Program-made: the position numbers and the translations under genes
In this document: piece by piece, positions 34,344 through 44,077 of the stretch
Position numbering within the stretch: position 1 is the first letter of the stretch
How the letters are laid out: the number at the start of each line of letters is the position of its first letter
DNA from: Proteobacteria bacterium UBA6156
GTDB taxonomy: Bacteria > Pseudomonadota > Alphaproteobacteria > UBA2136 > UBA6156
DNA: 64,000 nt
Reading direction: 5' to 3'
Assembly: GCA_002422365.1 (NCBI GenBank)
Contig: DIUO01000031.1
Location: 11,263 to 75,262, forward strand
Notes under the pieces: generated by a model
Seen by the model: the letters and a program-made list of their open reading frames with translations, nothing else
The model's database searches: none
What the model was told of the DNA's origin: nothing

Positions 34344-35654
34344 ATGCAAAAAGCGTATAGGATAACGGGCGGCAAGCCGATTGTGGGGGAAATTACCTGC
34401 TACGGCGCCAAGAATTTTGCCACCAAAGCCATGGTGGCGGCCTGCCTTGGCACCACCGAAACCGTGCTGACCAACGTGCCGCCGATTGGCGACGTGGATA
34501 TTACCGTAGGCCTGCTGCAAAGCGTGGGCGCCAAGGTAGAATGGCTGGACAGCAAAACCCTGCGCATTGACCCCACCAGCATTAACACCCACAAAGTGAC
34601 CACCCCCGACAGCCGCAGCAACCGGATACCTATTTTGATGTTGCCGGTGCTGTTGCAGCGCTTTGGCAAAGCGGAAATTCCGCGCCTTGACGGGTGCGAT
34701 TTGGGTACGCGGGCGCTGGACTTCCATGAAGCGGCCGTGGAAAGTTTTGGTGGCCTGGTGGAAGTTGACCGTGAGCACATGGCTGCCAGCATTAAGAAAA
34801 AGCTGAAAGGCACCCAATTTAGGTTGGATTACCCGAGTGTGGGGGCGACGGAGACGTGTTTGTTTCTGGCCGTGCTGGCACGCGGCACCAGCGTGATTAG
34901 CAACGCCGCGATTGAGCCGGAAATTGTGGGCCTGATTACGATGCTGCGGGCGATGGGGGCGGTGATATTCCTCTCGCCTAACCGTGAGATACGCGTGGAA
35001 GGGGTGGAGAGCCTGACGGGCACTACCATGGAATGCCTGGGCGACCGCATTGAAGCGGCGAGCTGGGCCAGTTTGGCGTGTGCCACGAGTGGGGACATTA
35101 CGCTGCATGGGATATTACCCGACACGCTGAACAACTTTTTGGCCTATTACCGCAAGGTGGGGGGCGGGTTTGAACTGGTGGGGCCGCAGAGTATCCGGTT
35201 CTTCCGCGCCGGGACGCTGAGCCCGATTATGCTGGAGACGGATGTGTACCCGGGGTTCTCGACCGACTGGCAGCAGCCGTTTGCGGTGCTGCTGACGCAG
35301 GCGGAGGGGATAAGTGTAATTCATGAAACCGTGTATGACAGCCGTTTGGGCTATACGGCTGCGTTGAACCGGATGGGGGCGAAGATACAGCTTTCGACCG
35401 AGTGCATTGGCCAGCCCTGCCGCTTTTTGCACAAGGGGCACGCCCACAGTGCGCTGATTATGGGCGCGACACCCTTGCACGCCCTGCCGGAGCCCCTGGA
35501 AGTGCCCGACCTGCGCGGCGGGCTGGCCTATGTGATTGCCGCCGCCATGGCCGAAGGCACCAGCACCCTGACGCATATTGAGCGGATTGAGCGCGGCTAT
35601 GGCGATATTGCCAAGCGGTTGGAGAATATGAGCTTTGATATTGCCCGTTTGTAA
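34344..35654 (+). CDS. murA: UDP-N-acetylglucosamine 1-carboxyvinyltransferase
   Basis: 436 aa. YGAKNFATKAMVAACL, active-site region LDGCDLGTRALDFH, DLRGGLAYVIAA. Confidence 0.9.
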   Translation: MQKAYRITGGKPIVGEITCYGAKNFATKAMVAACLGTTETVLTNVPPIGDVDITVGLLQSVGAKVEWLDSKTLRIDPTSINTHKVTTPDSRSNRIPILMLPVLLQRFGKAEIPRLDGCDLGTRALDFHEAAVESFGGLVEVDREHMAASIKKKLKGTQFRLDYPSVGATETCLFLAVLARGTSVISNAAIEPEIVGLITMLRAMGAVIFLSPNREIRVEGVESLTGTTMECLGDRIEAASWASLACATSGDITLHGILPDTLNNFLAYYRKVGGGFELVGPQSIRFFRAGTLSPIMLETDVYPGFSTDWQQPFAVLLTQAEGISVIHETVYDSRLGYTAALNRMGAKIQLSTECIGQPCRFLHKGHAHSALIMGATPLHALPEPLEVPDLRGGLAYVIAAAMAEGTSTLTHIERIERGYGDIAKRLENMSFDIARL

Positions 35655-35674
35655 GGCAAGGCTGTAAGGAAATG

Positions 35675-35698
35675 AGGCTGCTTTAGGCAGCCTTTTTT
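35675..35698 (+). terminator. intrinsic terminator after murA
   Basis: AGGCTGC-tttag-GCAGCCT followed by TTTTTT. Confidence 0.75.
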
Positions 35699-35927
35699 GC
35701 GGCCGATGCTGCTTGTTTGCGGTTAAATGACTGATATTTGTTGTTGGGGAGACGCAGGGGGGTGGGGGTAAGTATGTTTAGCGTATACGGGTTGTTGTCA
35801 GACCGCTTCGGTGAGAGTAGGATAAAAATCAGCCAGGATGGCAAAGGGCTGCAATGTTTGAGGCGCCTTCTCTGTGGAAAGGGAAGGGAGGCTGAGTTGC
35901 AGGAATGAGAGAGTCAGGACGACGGAG

Positions 35928-36413
35928 ATGGAGATACGTGCTTTGAACCAGCTGAGCGGGGGCTATGCCCAAGCCAGCGGTGTGGCGGTGCCGGGGGATT
36001 CTCGGGCGCTTATAATGGAAATTGCCGTGAGCACCCGGCTGAATGAGCGCGAGCGTAGCAGCCTGATTGCTGCCGTGGCCGCAGCCGACAACGGCCTGAC
36101 CGGAATGAACCGGGCCGAGGCGTTGCAACAAGTGCAGAATTTAGGGCTCTATTTGCGTAATACGGGGAATGAGGGTTTTCCCCGCTGGACGATGATGACG
36201 GCGCTGCGGAGTTATGGGATGAATATCCAGCAGGATTTGGCCACGCCCGATGCGTTTACGAACATTTTGCAGAACATTGCGCAAATGCGGCAGGTGAGTG
36301 TGGAGTATGCGTTGAAGGTGGCGGCAACAGCGCAGCCGCAGCCGCAAGCGCCAGTGGCGGCCCAAGCGCCGGTGGCTGAGAGTGCTGCACCGCGCGTGGA
36401 GACGATTGCTTAA
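35928..36413 (+). CDS. hypothetical protein
   Basis: ATG 35928 after GACGGAG. 161 aa with a PQ/A-rich C-terminal tail. No family recognised. Confidence 0.45.
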   Translation: MEIRALNQLSGGYAQASGVAVPGDSRALIMEIAVSTRLNERERSSLIAAVAAADNGLTGMNRAEALQQVQNLGLYLRNTGNEGFPRWTMMTALRSYGMNIQQDLATPDAFTNILQNIAQMRQVSVEYALKVAATAQPQPQAPVAAQAPVAESAAPRVETIA

Positions 36414-36570
36414 CAGCGGGATGATGAGGCTTTAGGCGCTGGAGGGCCTATGAGGGCTTTTTTTTGTTGGAAGCCGGGTGATTTTGGCCTTTAATAAAAG
36501 GCATTAAGGGAAGATAAGGCCATGGTTAAATTTGCTGGGTTTGGGCCAATGTGGGCGGTTGGGGAAGTGT

Positions 36571-36610
36571 GTGTTTTGGTGTTTTCGTTTTTCGTGATTT
36601 CGTTTTTTTT
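36571..36610 (+). repeat. degenerate GTGTTTY/GTTTTTC array
   Basis: GTGTTTTG GTGTTTTC GTTTTTC GTGATTTC GTTTTTTTTT. Lies 25 nt upstream of the glyA start. Confidence 0.6.
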
Positions 36611-36635
36611 TATTTATTGATTTGGAGATTTGAAG

Positions 36636-37901
<1,266 letters not shown>

Positions 37902-37918
37902 GGATGCGGAATGAACAA

Positions 37919-37943
37919 GCCCGGCTGTGCCGGGCTTTTTTTG
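37919..37943 (+). terminator. intrinsic terminator after glyA
   Basis: AGCCCGG-ctgtg-CCGGGCT followed by T7. Confidence 0.8.
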
Positions 37944-37957
37944 GGGAATGGATAATG

Positions 37958-37986
37958 GCAAACCCCGGCTGGTGAGCCGGGGTTTG
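37958..37986. terminator. strong hairpin downstream of - strand ORF 38011..38331 (no U-tract)
   Basis: CAAACCCCGGC-tggtga-GCCGGGGTTTG, an 11-bp stem between convergent genes. Confidence 0.4.
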
Positions 37987-38010
37987 GGGGGCGGTGCGCT
38001 GGGGATGGCC

Positions 38011-38331
38011 TCAGCCGGCGGGCGTGTTCGCTGCTTCGACTTCGGCGAGGTAGTCGGCGATGAGGTCTTCGTCCACAGGCGGGGGCGTTTCTTCCAGTTC
38101 CAACTCGAAGGTGTTCTCCTCAGGATCGAGGACTAGCCTGAGTTTGTAGAAGATTCCGTCCTTCGTACGAATGAAATCCTCCTCGTCGGGGTTATCATCG
38201 TCCTCGGTGGAGAACTTGAAGGTGGAGCCGAGAGCGCGGATCTCGGCATCCGTGAGGTGCGATTGATGCACCCAGATTCCGGAGAGGCTGACGTCATTGC
38301 TGACGTCAAGTTTTACGGGTTCGGTGGACAT
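38011..38331 (-). CDS. small highly acidic hypothetical protein (106 aa)
   Basis: MSTEPVKLDVSND...STEDDDNPDEEDFIRTKDGIFYKLRLVLDPEENTFELELEETPPPVDEDLIADYLAEVEAA. D/E-rich, C-ending codon style. No family recognised. Confidence 0.5.
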   Translation of the reverse strand: MSTEPVKLDVSNDVSLSGIWVHQSHLTDAEIRALGSTFKFSTEDDDNPDEEDFIRTKDGIFYKLRLVLDPEENTFELELEETPPPVDEDLIADYLAEVEAANTPAG

Positions 38332-38479
38332 TCGTAAATCCTCTTCTAAAAGACTAATGTGAGCCGCGGTGCGCGGGCGAGCGAATGCTGGCGGATTATA
38401 TGTATACTAATGGTTTAGGTGAGGCAAGTTATATGATTTAATGAGATGCGCCCGGTGGTAAGGGAGTGCGTAAGGTACG

Positions 38480-38505
38480 AGGCCCGGCGGTGGTGGGCCT
38501 TTTTT
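38480..38505 (+). terminator. orphan + strand intrinsic terminator
   Basis: AGGCCC-ggcggtggt-GGGCCT followed by TTTTTT on the + strand. No annotated + strand gene lies upstream (glyA is already terminated at 37943). Confidence 0.4.
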
Positions 38506-38992
38506 ATAAGGGTTTTTCGAGCAGAATGAGGTGGGGTTTGTCCGGGCGGGGACCGAGTTCTTGGTAGCCATGTTTTTTATAGAAAACTCTTGCTGATGCG
38601 TTGGCAGGGCTGGTGGTGAGCTGGACGCAGTGCATGCCTGCTTTGCGGAAGAGAGTATCGGTAAAGTTTACCAATTGGTGGCCTAGCCCTTGATGGCGTA
38701 GCTCTGGAATTAAATAATAGAAATTAACGTAACCCGAACCGGGTTTGAAGCGGGCGACGTCGCACTCGATTTGCCCGACAATTTGCTCATCTTGCCATAT
38801 ATGAAAGGCACAGTCGGGCCACGTGTGGCGCTTGTTTATAATAGCCTGTTTCATGTCTTCTGCGGATTGCCAAGGTATGACAGCGAGAGGGTCGACATCG
38901 GCGGCAATGCGCTCGGTGCGGAACTGCCAGGCTATGGCTACATCCGCCTCGTTTTCTGTGTTCAGGGGTAGAAACTGAAGAGAGGTGGGCAT
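38504..38992 (-). CDS. GNAT family N-acetyltransferase
   Basis: ATG 38992 within ORF 38504..39169. LIPELRHQGLGHQLVNF (Q/RxxGxG/A acetyl-CoA motif) and ARVFYKKHGY. 17 nt downstream of accC. Confidence 0.75.
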   Translation of the reverse strand: MPTSLQFLPLNTENEADVAIAWQFRTERIAADVDPLAVIPWQSAEDMKQAIINKRHTWPDCAFHIWQDEQIVGQIECDVARFKPGSGYVNFYYLIPELRHQGLGHQLVNFTDTLFRKAGMHCVQLTTSPANASARVFYKKHGYQELGPRPDKPHLILLEKPL

Positions 38993-39009
38993 GGGGATAG
39001 GGGTATAGT

Positions 39010-40356
39010 TTAAAGGCGGCCGGTGGTGAGGTAATGTTCGAGGGAGTGGATGGTGTAGTCTCCCTTGAGGAAGGCGTTGGTGGCGACCAGTTTGCGGTGG
39101 AGGGGGATGTTGGTTTGGATGCCGCCGACGACGAATTCTTCTAGGGCGCGTTTGAGGCGGGCGACGCATTCTTCTCGCGTGCTGCCGTGGACGATGAGTT
39201 TGCCGACCGTGGCGTCGTAATACGGGGGCACGCTGTAGCCGGGATAGAGGGCGCTATCGACCCGTACTCCGGGGCCGCCGGGCGCGAAGTATTCGGTGAC
39301 CTTGCCGGGGGAGGGGATGAATTTTTCGGGGTCTTCGGCGTTAATCCGGCACTCGATACTATGGCCGCGCGGGGTGACGCTGTGGACGGGGAGGCGGAGT
39401 TTTTCTCCGGCTGCGACGCGGATTTGCTCGGCGACGATGTCGATGCCTGTGACCATTTCGGTGACGGGGTGCTCGACCTGCAAACGGGTGTTCATTTCGA
39501 TGAAGTAGAATTCGCCGTTTTCGTAGAGGAACTCGAACGTACCGGCACCCAGATAGCCCATTTTGGCGCAGGCTTCGGCCACTTTTTTGAAGAGGGGTTC
39601 GCGTTGGGCGTCTGTCACCGCCGGGGAGGGGGTTTCTTCGATGATTTTCTGGTGGCGGCGCTGGAGGGAGCAGTCGCGCTCGCCCAAAATGCTCACGTTG
39701 CCGTGGCTGTCGCACAGCACCTGCACCTCGATATGGCGGGGTTGCTGGAGGAATTTTTCCAGGTACACGCGGTTGTCGCCGAAGGCGGCTTGGGCCTCGT
39801 TCATGGCGATATGCAGGGCCTGGCGGAGGGCGGGGGCGCTGTGGGCGACCTTCATGCCCCGGCCACCGCCGCCTGCGGCGGCCTTGACGATGACGGGGTA
39901 GCCGATTTTTTCGGCGACTTCCAGCGCCTGGTCGGGGTCGCTCAGGGCGCCATCGGACCCCGGAATGGTGGGCAGGCCGAAGGTTTTGGCGGCAGTGATG
40001 GCCTCGATTTTGTCGCCCATCATGCGGATGTGCTCGGGCCGGGGGCCGATGAAGGTGAAGCCGAGTTTATTGGTAATTTCCGCAAATTTGGCGTTCTCGG
40101 CCAAAAAGCCGTAGCCGGGGTGGATGGCTTCGGCGTCGGTGACCTCGGCGGCGCTCAGCAGTGCCGGGATGTTGAGGTAGCTGTATTTGGATTGGGCGGG
40201 GCCGATGCAGACGGATTCGGTCGCCAATTTCACGTGCAGGGCGGAGGCGTCGGCCTCGGAATGCACGGCGACGGTGGCGATGCCCATTTCCCTACAGGTG
40301 CGGTGGATGCGGACGGCGATTTCTCCGCGATTGGCGATAAGGATTTTGTTAAACAT
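39010..40356 (-). CDS. accC: acetyl-CoA carboxylase biotin carboxylase subunit
   Basis: MFNKILIANRGEIAVRI, GGGGRGM, EMNTRLQVEHPVTE. 448 aa. Confidence 0.97.
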   Translation of the reverse strand: MFNKILIANRGEIAVRIHRTCREMGIATVAVHSEADASALHVKLATESVCIGPAQSKYSYLNIPALLSAAEVTDAEAIHPGYGFLAENAKFAEITNKLGFTFIGPRPEHIRMMGDKIEAITAAKTFGLPTIPGSDGALSDPDQALEVAEKIGYPVIVKAAAGGGGRGMKVAHSAPALRQALHIAMNEAQAAFGDNRVYLEKFLQQPRHIEVQVLCDSHGNVSILGERDCSLQRRHQKIIEETPSPAVTDAQREPLFKKVAEACAKMGYLGAGTFEFLYENGEFYFIEMNTRLQVEHPVTEMVTGIDIVAEQIRVAAGEKLRLPVHSVTPRGHSIECRINAEDPEKFIPSPGKVTEYFAPGGPGVRVDSALYPGYSVPPYYDATVGKLIVHGSTREECVARLKRALEEFVVGGIQTNIPLHRKLVATNAFLKGDYTIHSLEHYLTTGRL

Positions 40357-40408
40357 ACATATGTACCTTTTTGGTAAGGAAAAGCCTTTGGCTTTGGATT
40401 TTAAGGAA

Positions 40409-40513
40409 GCCTCCGGCGGGCCTCCCGGCGGGGGTGGGCCCCGGATAGGTGGCGGGTCCCGGCTTTTGTTCCAAAAGCCACCCGCCTACCTTCCGGGGTG
40501 ACAGGGCCCCACC
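40409..40513 (+). repeat. short structured repeat in the accB-accC spacer
   Basis: The first 42 nt (40409-40450) are identical to 41509-41550. Then GGCGGGT-CCC-GGCTTTTG-TTC-CAAAAGCC-ACCCGCC, ending ACCTTCCGGGGTGAC...GGGCCCCACC. Confidence 0.9.
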
Positions 40514-40561
40514 AATGTTGCTGCATGGCATAGTGCTCGCCAATATATACATTAAGATTGC

Positions 40562-41026
40562 TTACTGGATAATGAACAGGGGTTGGCCGTATTCGACCGC
40601 CTGGGCGTTTTGGGCCAGCACTTTGGTGACGGTTCCGGCGCGGTCGGACTCGATGGTGTTCATGGTTTTCATCGCCTCGATGATGGCCAGGGGTTGGCCT
40701 GCGGTGACTTTGTCGCCTTCCTGCACGAACGGGGCGGCATCTGGGCTGCCCGCGCGGTAGAAGGTGCCGACCATGGGGGATTTGAATTCGGCGGCGTTAG
40801 GTGTGGAGGGTTGGGCGTTGGGTGTGGTGTTTTCGGCAGCAGAGGCGGCTGGTGCGGGGGCTGCGGCAACCATGGTTGTGGCGGCGCCGGGTTTGCGCAG
40901 GCGCAGGCGGGTGCCGTGGGACTCGATTTCCACTTCTTCCAGCCCGGTGCCTTCCAGCCATTTGGCCAGTTCGTTCAGTTGCTTGAGGTCGAAAGCGGCG
41001 GGCGCGGGTTTTTTGGGTTCGGGCAT
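40562..41026 (-). CDS. accB: acetyl-CoA carboxylase biotin carboxyl carrier protein
   Basis: 154 aa. P/A-rich linker and biotinyl-lysine motif IIEAMKTMN. Confidence 0.95.
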   Translation of the reverse strand: MPEPKKPAPAAFDLKQLNELAKWLEGTGLEEVEIESHGTRLRLRKPGAATTMVAAAPAPAASAAENTTPNAQPSTPNAAEFKSPMVGTFYRAGSPDAAPFVQEGDKVTAGQPLAIIEAMKTMNTIESDRAGTVTKVLAQNAQAVEYGQPLFIIQ

Positions 41027-41072
41027 GGTGTGTTCTCCTTTGGGGCTCTGGCAAGGTTGCGGGTGGGAGCCG

Positions 41073-41408
41073 TTATGATTTGGGAGTTATAAGGCGATTT
41101 GCAAGAATTTCAAGCTTATGCAGCTTCTGCATTTCGTCGTTGAGTTTGGAAAGCGTGTCTTTCCATTTTAATATCAGGGCTTTGCGCTCGCCTTCGGTGA
41201 GGTGGGCTGCGCGTTTTTCTAGCATGCCGACGGCCATGGTAAGGTCTGGGTAGGGGGAAAAGCTGCTTTTTTTGGCGCTTTGCGGGCCGGTGTGGCCTTG
41301 GGCGGCGAGGTCGGCTGAGATTTGCGGCAAGGCCTCGGCCAGCGGCAGCGGGCGCTTGGTGCTGCGGCGGGTGGAGGTTTTGAGCTTGAGGGGTTGGCGC
41401 GGGGGCAT
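41073..41408 (-). CDS. hypothetical protein (basic N-terminus)
   Basis: 111 aa starting at ATG 41408. 46 nt upstream of accB on the same strand. No family recognised. Confidence 0.4.
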   Translation of the reverse strand: MPPRQPLKLKTSTRRSTKRPLPLAEALPQISADLAAQGHTGPQSAKKSSFSPYPDLTMAVGMLEKRAAHLTEGERKALILKWKDTLSKLNDEMQKLHKLEILANRLITPKS

Positions 41409-41508
41409 GGGCGGATTTTAAGCCAGATAGGTAGGTGGGGCAAGCAACCTGCCGGTTTGGCGGGCGGGGGTGTGGTTTATTTATAGCTGGAAGGTGATTT
41501 GATTATTT

Positions 41509-41609
41509 GCCTCCGGCGGGCCTCCCGGCGGGGGTGGGCCCCGGATAGGTAGCGGGGCCCGGCAAAAAATGGGATTTTTTGCCACCCACTAACCTTCCGG
41601 GGTGACGCC
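41509..41609 (+). repeat. short structured repeat upstream of ORF 41073..41408/accB
   Basis: GCCTCCGGCGGGCCTCCCGGCGGGGGTGGGCCCCGGATAGGT, then AGCGGGG-CCC-GGCAAAAAAT-GGG-ATTTTTTGCC-ACCCACT, ending AACCTTCCGGGGTGACGCC. Confidence 0.9.
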
Positions 41610-41661
41610 AACCCACGATTTGGTGCTTATTAGCTCGTAATTCTTAATAAATGGTTAGGTT

Positions 41662-42987
41662 TTATTTGAGGTTATCCAGGCGGGTTTGGAGGGCTGTGGC
41701 CCATTGTTCGGCGTCGGGGTTCGGGGTGGTGCGGAGGTATTGCTGGGCGAGGGCAAGGGATTGGCGGGCGGCCTCGGGATTGGGGGCAACCAGGAAGCCT
41801 TGGGCGCGGGCGAGATGGCTTTCGGCCAGGCGGCCCATTTTGCCATAGCAGAGGCCGAGGCCGAGCCAGGGTTCGGCCCACTCGGGCCACATGCGCGTGA
41901 CGGCCTGGTAGTGGGCGATGGCGTCGGGGAAGCCGTCTTGGTTGCGCAGAATTTCGGCCAGTTGGTAGCGGAACATGATGTGGTCGGGGAACTCTGTCGC
42001 CAGGGCTTTGTAGATGGCGTAGGCGGCGGGGAGGTCTCCCCTTTGCAGGGCGATTTGGCCGGTGAGCTCGCGGTAGAAGGGGTCGGTGGGGTTTTCTTTC
42101 AGGATGGGGGCGAGGTTGCTTTCGGCGAAGTCGAGTTTGCCCTGCCGCGTGTAGGCGAGGGCGCGGGCGTAGCGGGAGACGGAGTCGAACGCGTTATATT
42201 TGCGCAAAACCGCGCCGGGTGAGGCGGTGAGCGCCATGACCTTGGCTTGCAGGCGCGGGAAGTTGATGGAGGACTCGGCTTTGGCGAGGCCGGAGGTGAG
42301 TTGGGCGGACTCGGACTGGGTGGCGCGGGTGAGGGAGGAGAGGCGCTCCGGCGGCAGAGGGTGGGTGACCAGCCAGGGGGGCGGGGCGTCGTAGCTGAGT
42401 TGGGACTCGGTGCGGAGGGTGGTGAACATATCGACCATGCCCTGGGCGGAGAGGCCTGCTTTGTGGAGGGCAGCGATGGCGCGGGAGTCGGCTTCGGCCT
42501 CTTGCGTGCGGGTGTGGGAGAGCATGGTTTGGATGGCGCCCGCCTGGCCGCCGACCATGAGCGCGGTGGCCGCCTGAGGCGCGCCCGCCGCCGCTGCGCC
42601 GATGCCCAGGGCAGCGCCTGCGAGGGCGCCGAGCATGGCTTGTTTGGCGTGGACCTCTTGCTGCAAAAGGTGGTTGGAGGCGATGTGCGCGAGTTCGTGC
42701 GCGATAACACCCTGCAAGGCGGCAGCGTTTTTGGCCTTTTGCACCAGGCCGCTGTGGATGAAGATGATGTTTTCGGATGTGACGAAGGCGTTGATGGCGG
42801 GGTCGTTCACCAGCACATAGTGCACGCGGGTTTGGGGCGTGAGTGAGGCGCGGAGGGGGGCGGCGAGGGTTTGGGCGGCTTGGGCGAATTCTTCATCGAG
42901 CACCAGTTGCTGCGCGTGGGGCGCCAGAACTGGTGCTGCTGCCCACATGCAGGCGGCCAGCAGAAGTAAACGATGCTTGGCCAACAT
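41662..42987 (-). CDS. M48 family metalloprotease with TPR domain (BepA-like)
   Basis: ATG 42987 (MLAKHRLLLLAACMWAAAPVLA signal) within ORF 41662..43479. HELAHIASNH zinc motif. C-terminal TPR-like repeats. Confidence 0.85.
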   Translation of the reverse strand: MLAKHRLLLLAACMWAAAPVLAPHAQQLVLDEEFAQAAQTLAAPLRASLTPQTRVHYVLVNDPAINAFVTSENIIFIHSGLVQKAKNAAALQGVIAHELAHIASNHLLQQEVHAKQAMLGALAGAALGIGAAAAGAPQAATALMVGGQAGAIQTMLSHTRTQEAEADSRAIAALHKAGLSAQGMVDMFTTLRTESQLSYDAPPPWLVTHPLPPERLSSLTRATQSESAQLTSGLAKAESSINFPRLQAKVMALTASPGAVLRKYNAFDSVSRYARALAYTRQGKLDFAESNLAPILKENPTDPFYRELTGQIALQRGDLPAAYAIYKALATEFPDHIMFRYQLAEILRNQDGFPDAIAHYQAVTRMWPEWAEPWLGLGLCYGKMGRLAESHLARAQGFLVAPNPEAARQSLALAQQYLRTTPNPDAEQWATALQTRLDNLK

Positions 42988-43004
42988 GCCGGATTGCCCC
43001 CGCA

Positions 43005-43886
43005 CTAGCGCGGCGCGCGGCGGCGCTGGCTGGAGGCGCGGCGAGCGACCACCGAACGGCGGGCGGCCGCTGCGGCAGAGCTGACGGTGCTGCCGGTGGC
43101 GGAGCGCATGACCGAGTTGGCCGTGCTGCTGATGATAGGTGTAACCGAGGTGCTGCTGGCTGCCGCCTGAGAGGTGGTGTGGGGTGCGGTGAGAGGCGCG
43201 GCGTTGGCGGTGGCCGGTGGTGTGGCGCTTGCTGTGGCGGGTGTGCCGGTGAACAGGGTTTGTTGGCTGCTGGCCGGGGTGGTTTTGGCCACAGGGGCCG
43301 CAGTGGGAGCCACTGTGGCAGGGGCCTGGGCCGCAGGTGCCGGGGTAGGCTGCACTGGAGCAGTTTTTTGTGCCGGGGTAGCCTGGGCCATGGTTTGGCC
43401 GTTGGTAACGCACTGTTGCCACATGGCCGCCAGTGCCGTGGGCGAAGGCATGGGCAACTGGCGCTGCCACTGCTGCCACAAATGCCCGCGCTGGGCCTGT
43501 GTGACGGTGTTAAGCGACAGCATGTTGTTGAGAATGGTGGAGTTGTAGCGTGAGACACATTCGACCCACTGAGGGTAGGTGGTGCACTGGAAAAGCTGAA
43601 GCATATACTGGGGTTGTTGCTGCCAGAACTGCGCAAAACTGCGGGCGCGGGCCGACTGGATGCCAGCGACTGTTTGCCAGTAGGCGGCGGGGGAGGCCCA
43701 GGCGGACTCGGTTGTGTGTTGCCACTGCTGGAGGGCGGTGTTCCAGTGATTTTGGCACTGGGATTGCCATAGGGCCTGCCAGTTTTGGGCGCAGGATTGA
43801 AGGGTGGATTGTGCACTTTGCTGCGTGCTGGATTGGCCGAGGGCGAGGAGCCAGGAGTCTTGGATCCATTTGCTGGACGGGTACAT
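43005..43886 (-). CDS. Trp/Gln-rich hypothetical protein with P/A/T-rich linker and Arg-rich tail
   Basis: 293 aa. 13 Trp (hand count) in the first ~165 aa, mostly as WQ/QW. Then a PATA-type low-complexity stretch, ending RRSVVARRASSQRRRAPR. Its stop is 17 nt before the M48 gene. Confidence 0.55.
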   Translation of the reverse strand: MYPSSKWIQDSWLLALGQSSTQQSAQSTLQSCAQNWQALWQSQCQNHWNTALQQWQHTTESAWASPAAYWQTVAGIQSARARSFAQFWQQQPQYMLQLFQCTTYPQWVECVSRYNSTILNNMLSLNTVTQAQRGHLWQQWQRQLPMPSPTALAAMWQQCVTNGQTMAQATPAQKTAPVQPTPAPAAQAPATVAPTAAPVAKTTPASSQQTLFTGTPATASATPPATANAAPLTAPHTTSQAAASSTSVTPIISSTANSVMRSATGSTVSSAAAAARRSVVARRASSQRRRAPR

Positions 43887-44077
43887 GGGTGCAACCTTCT
43901 GTTGTTGTTTTTAGAGTACGACAGGTGATGGTGCGGTGCAAGATAATGCTGGAATTTTAGCTGCGGGTTTGTGCAGGAAGATTGGTAAAAATTATATTTG
44001 TAATTGTATTATAATAAGTATACAATTAGGCCAGCCTCGTAAGGAGGAACATCTTCAGTCCGTTTAGGAGATAAACG

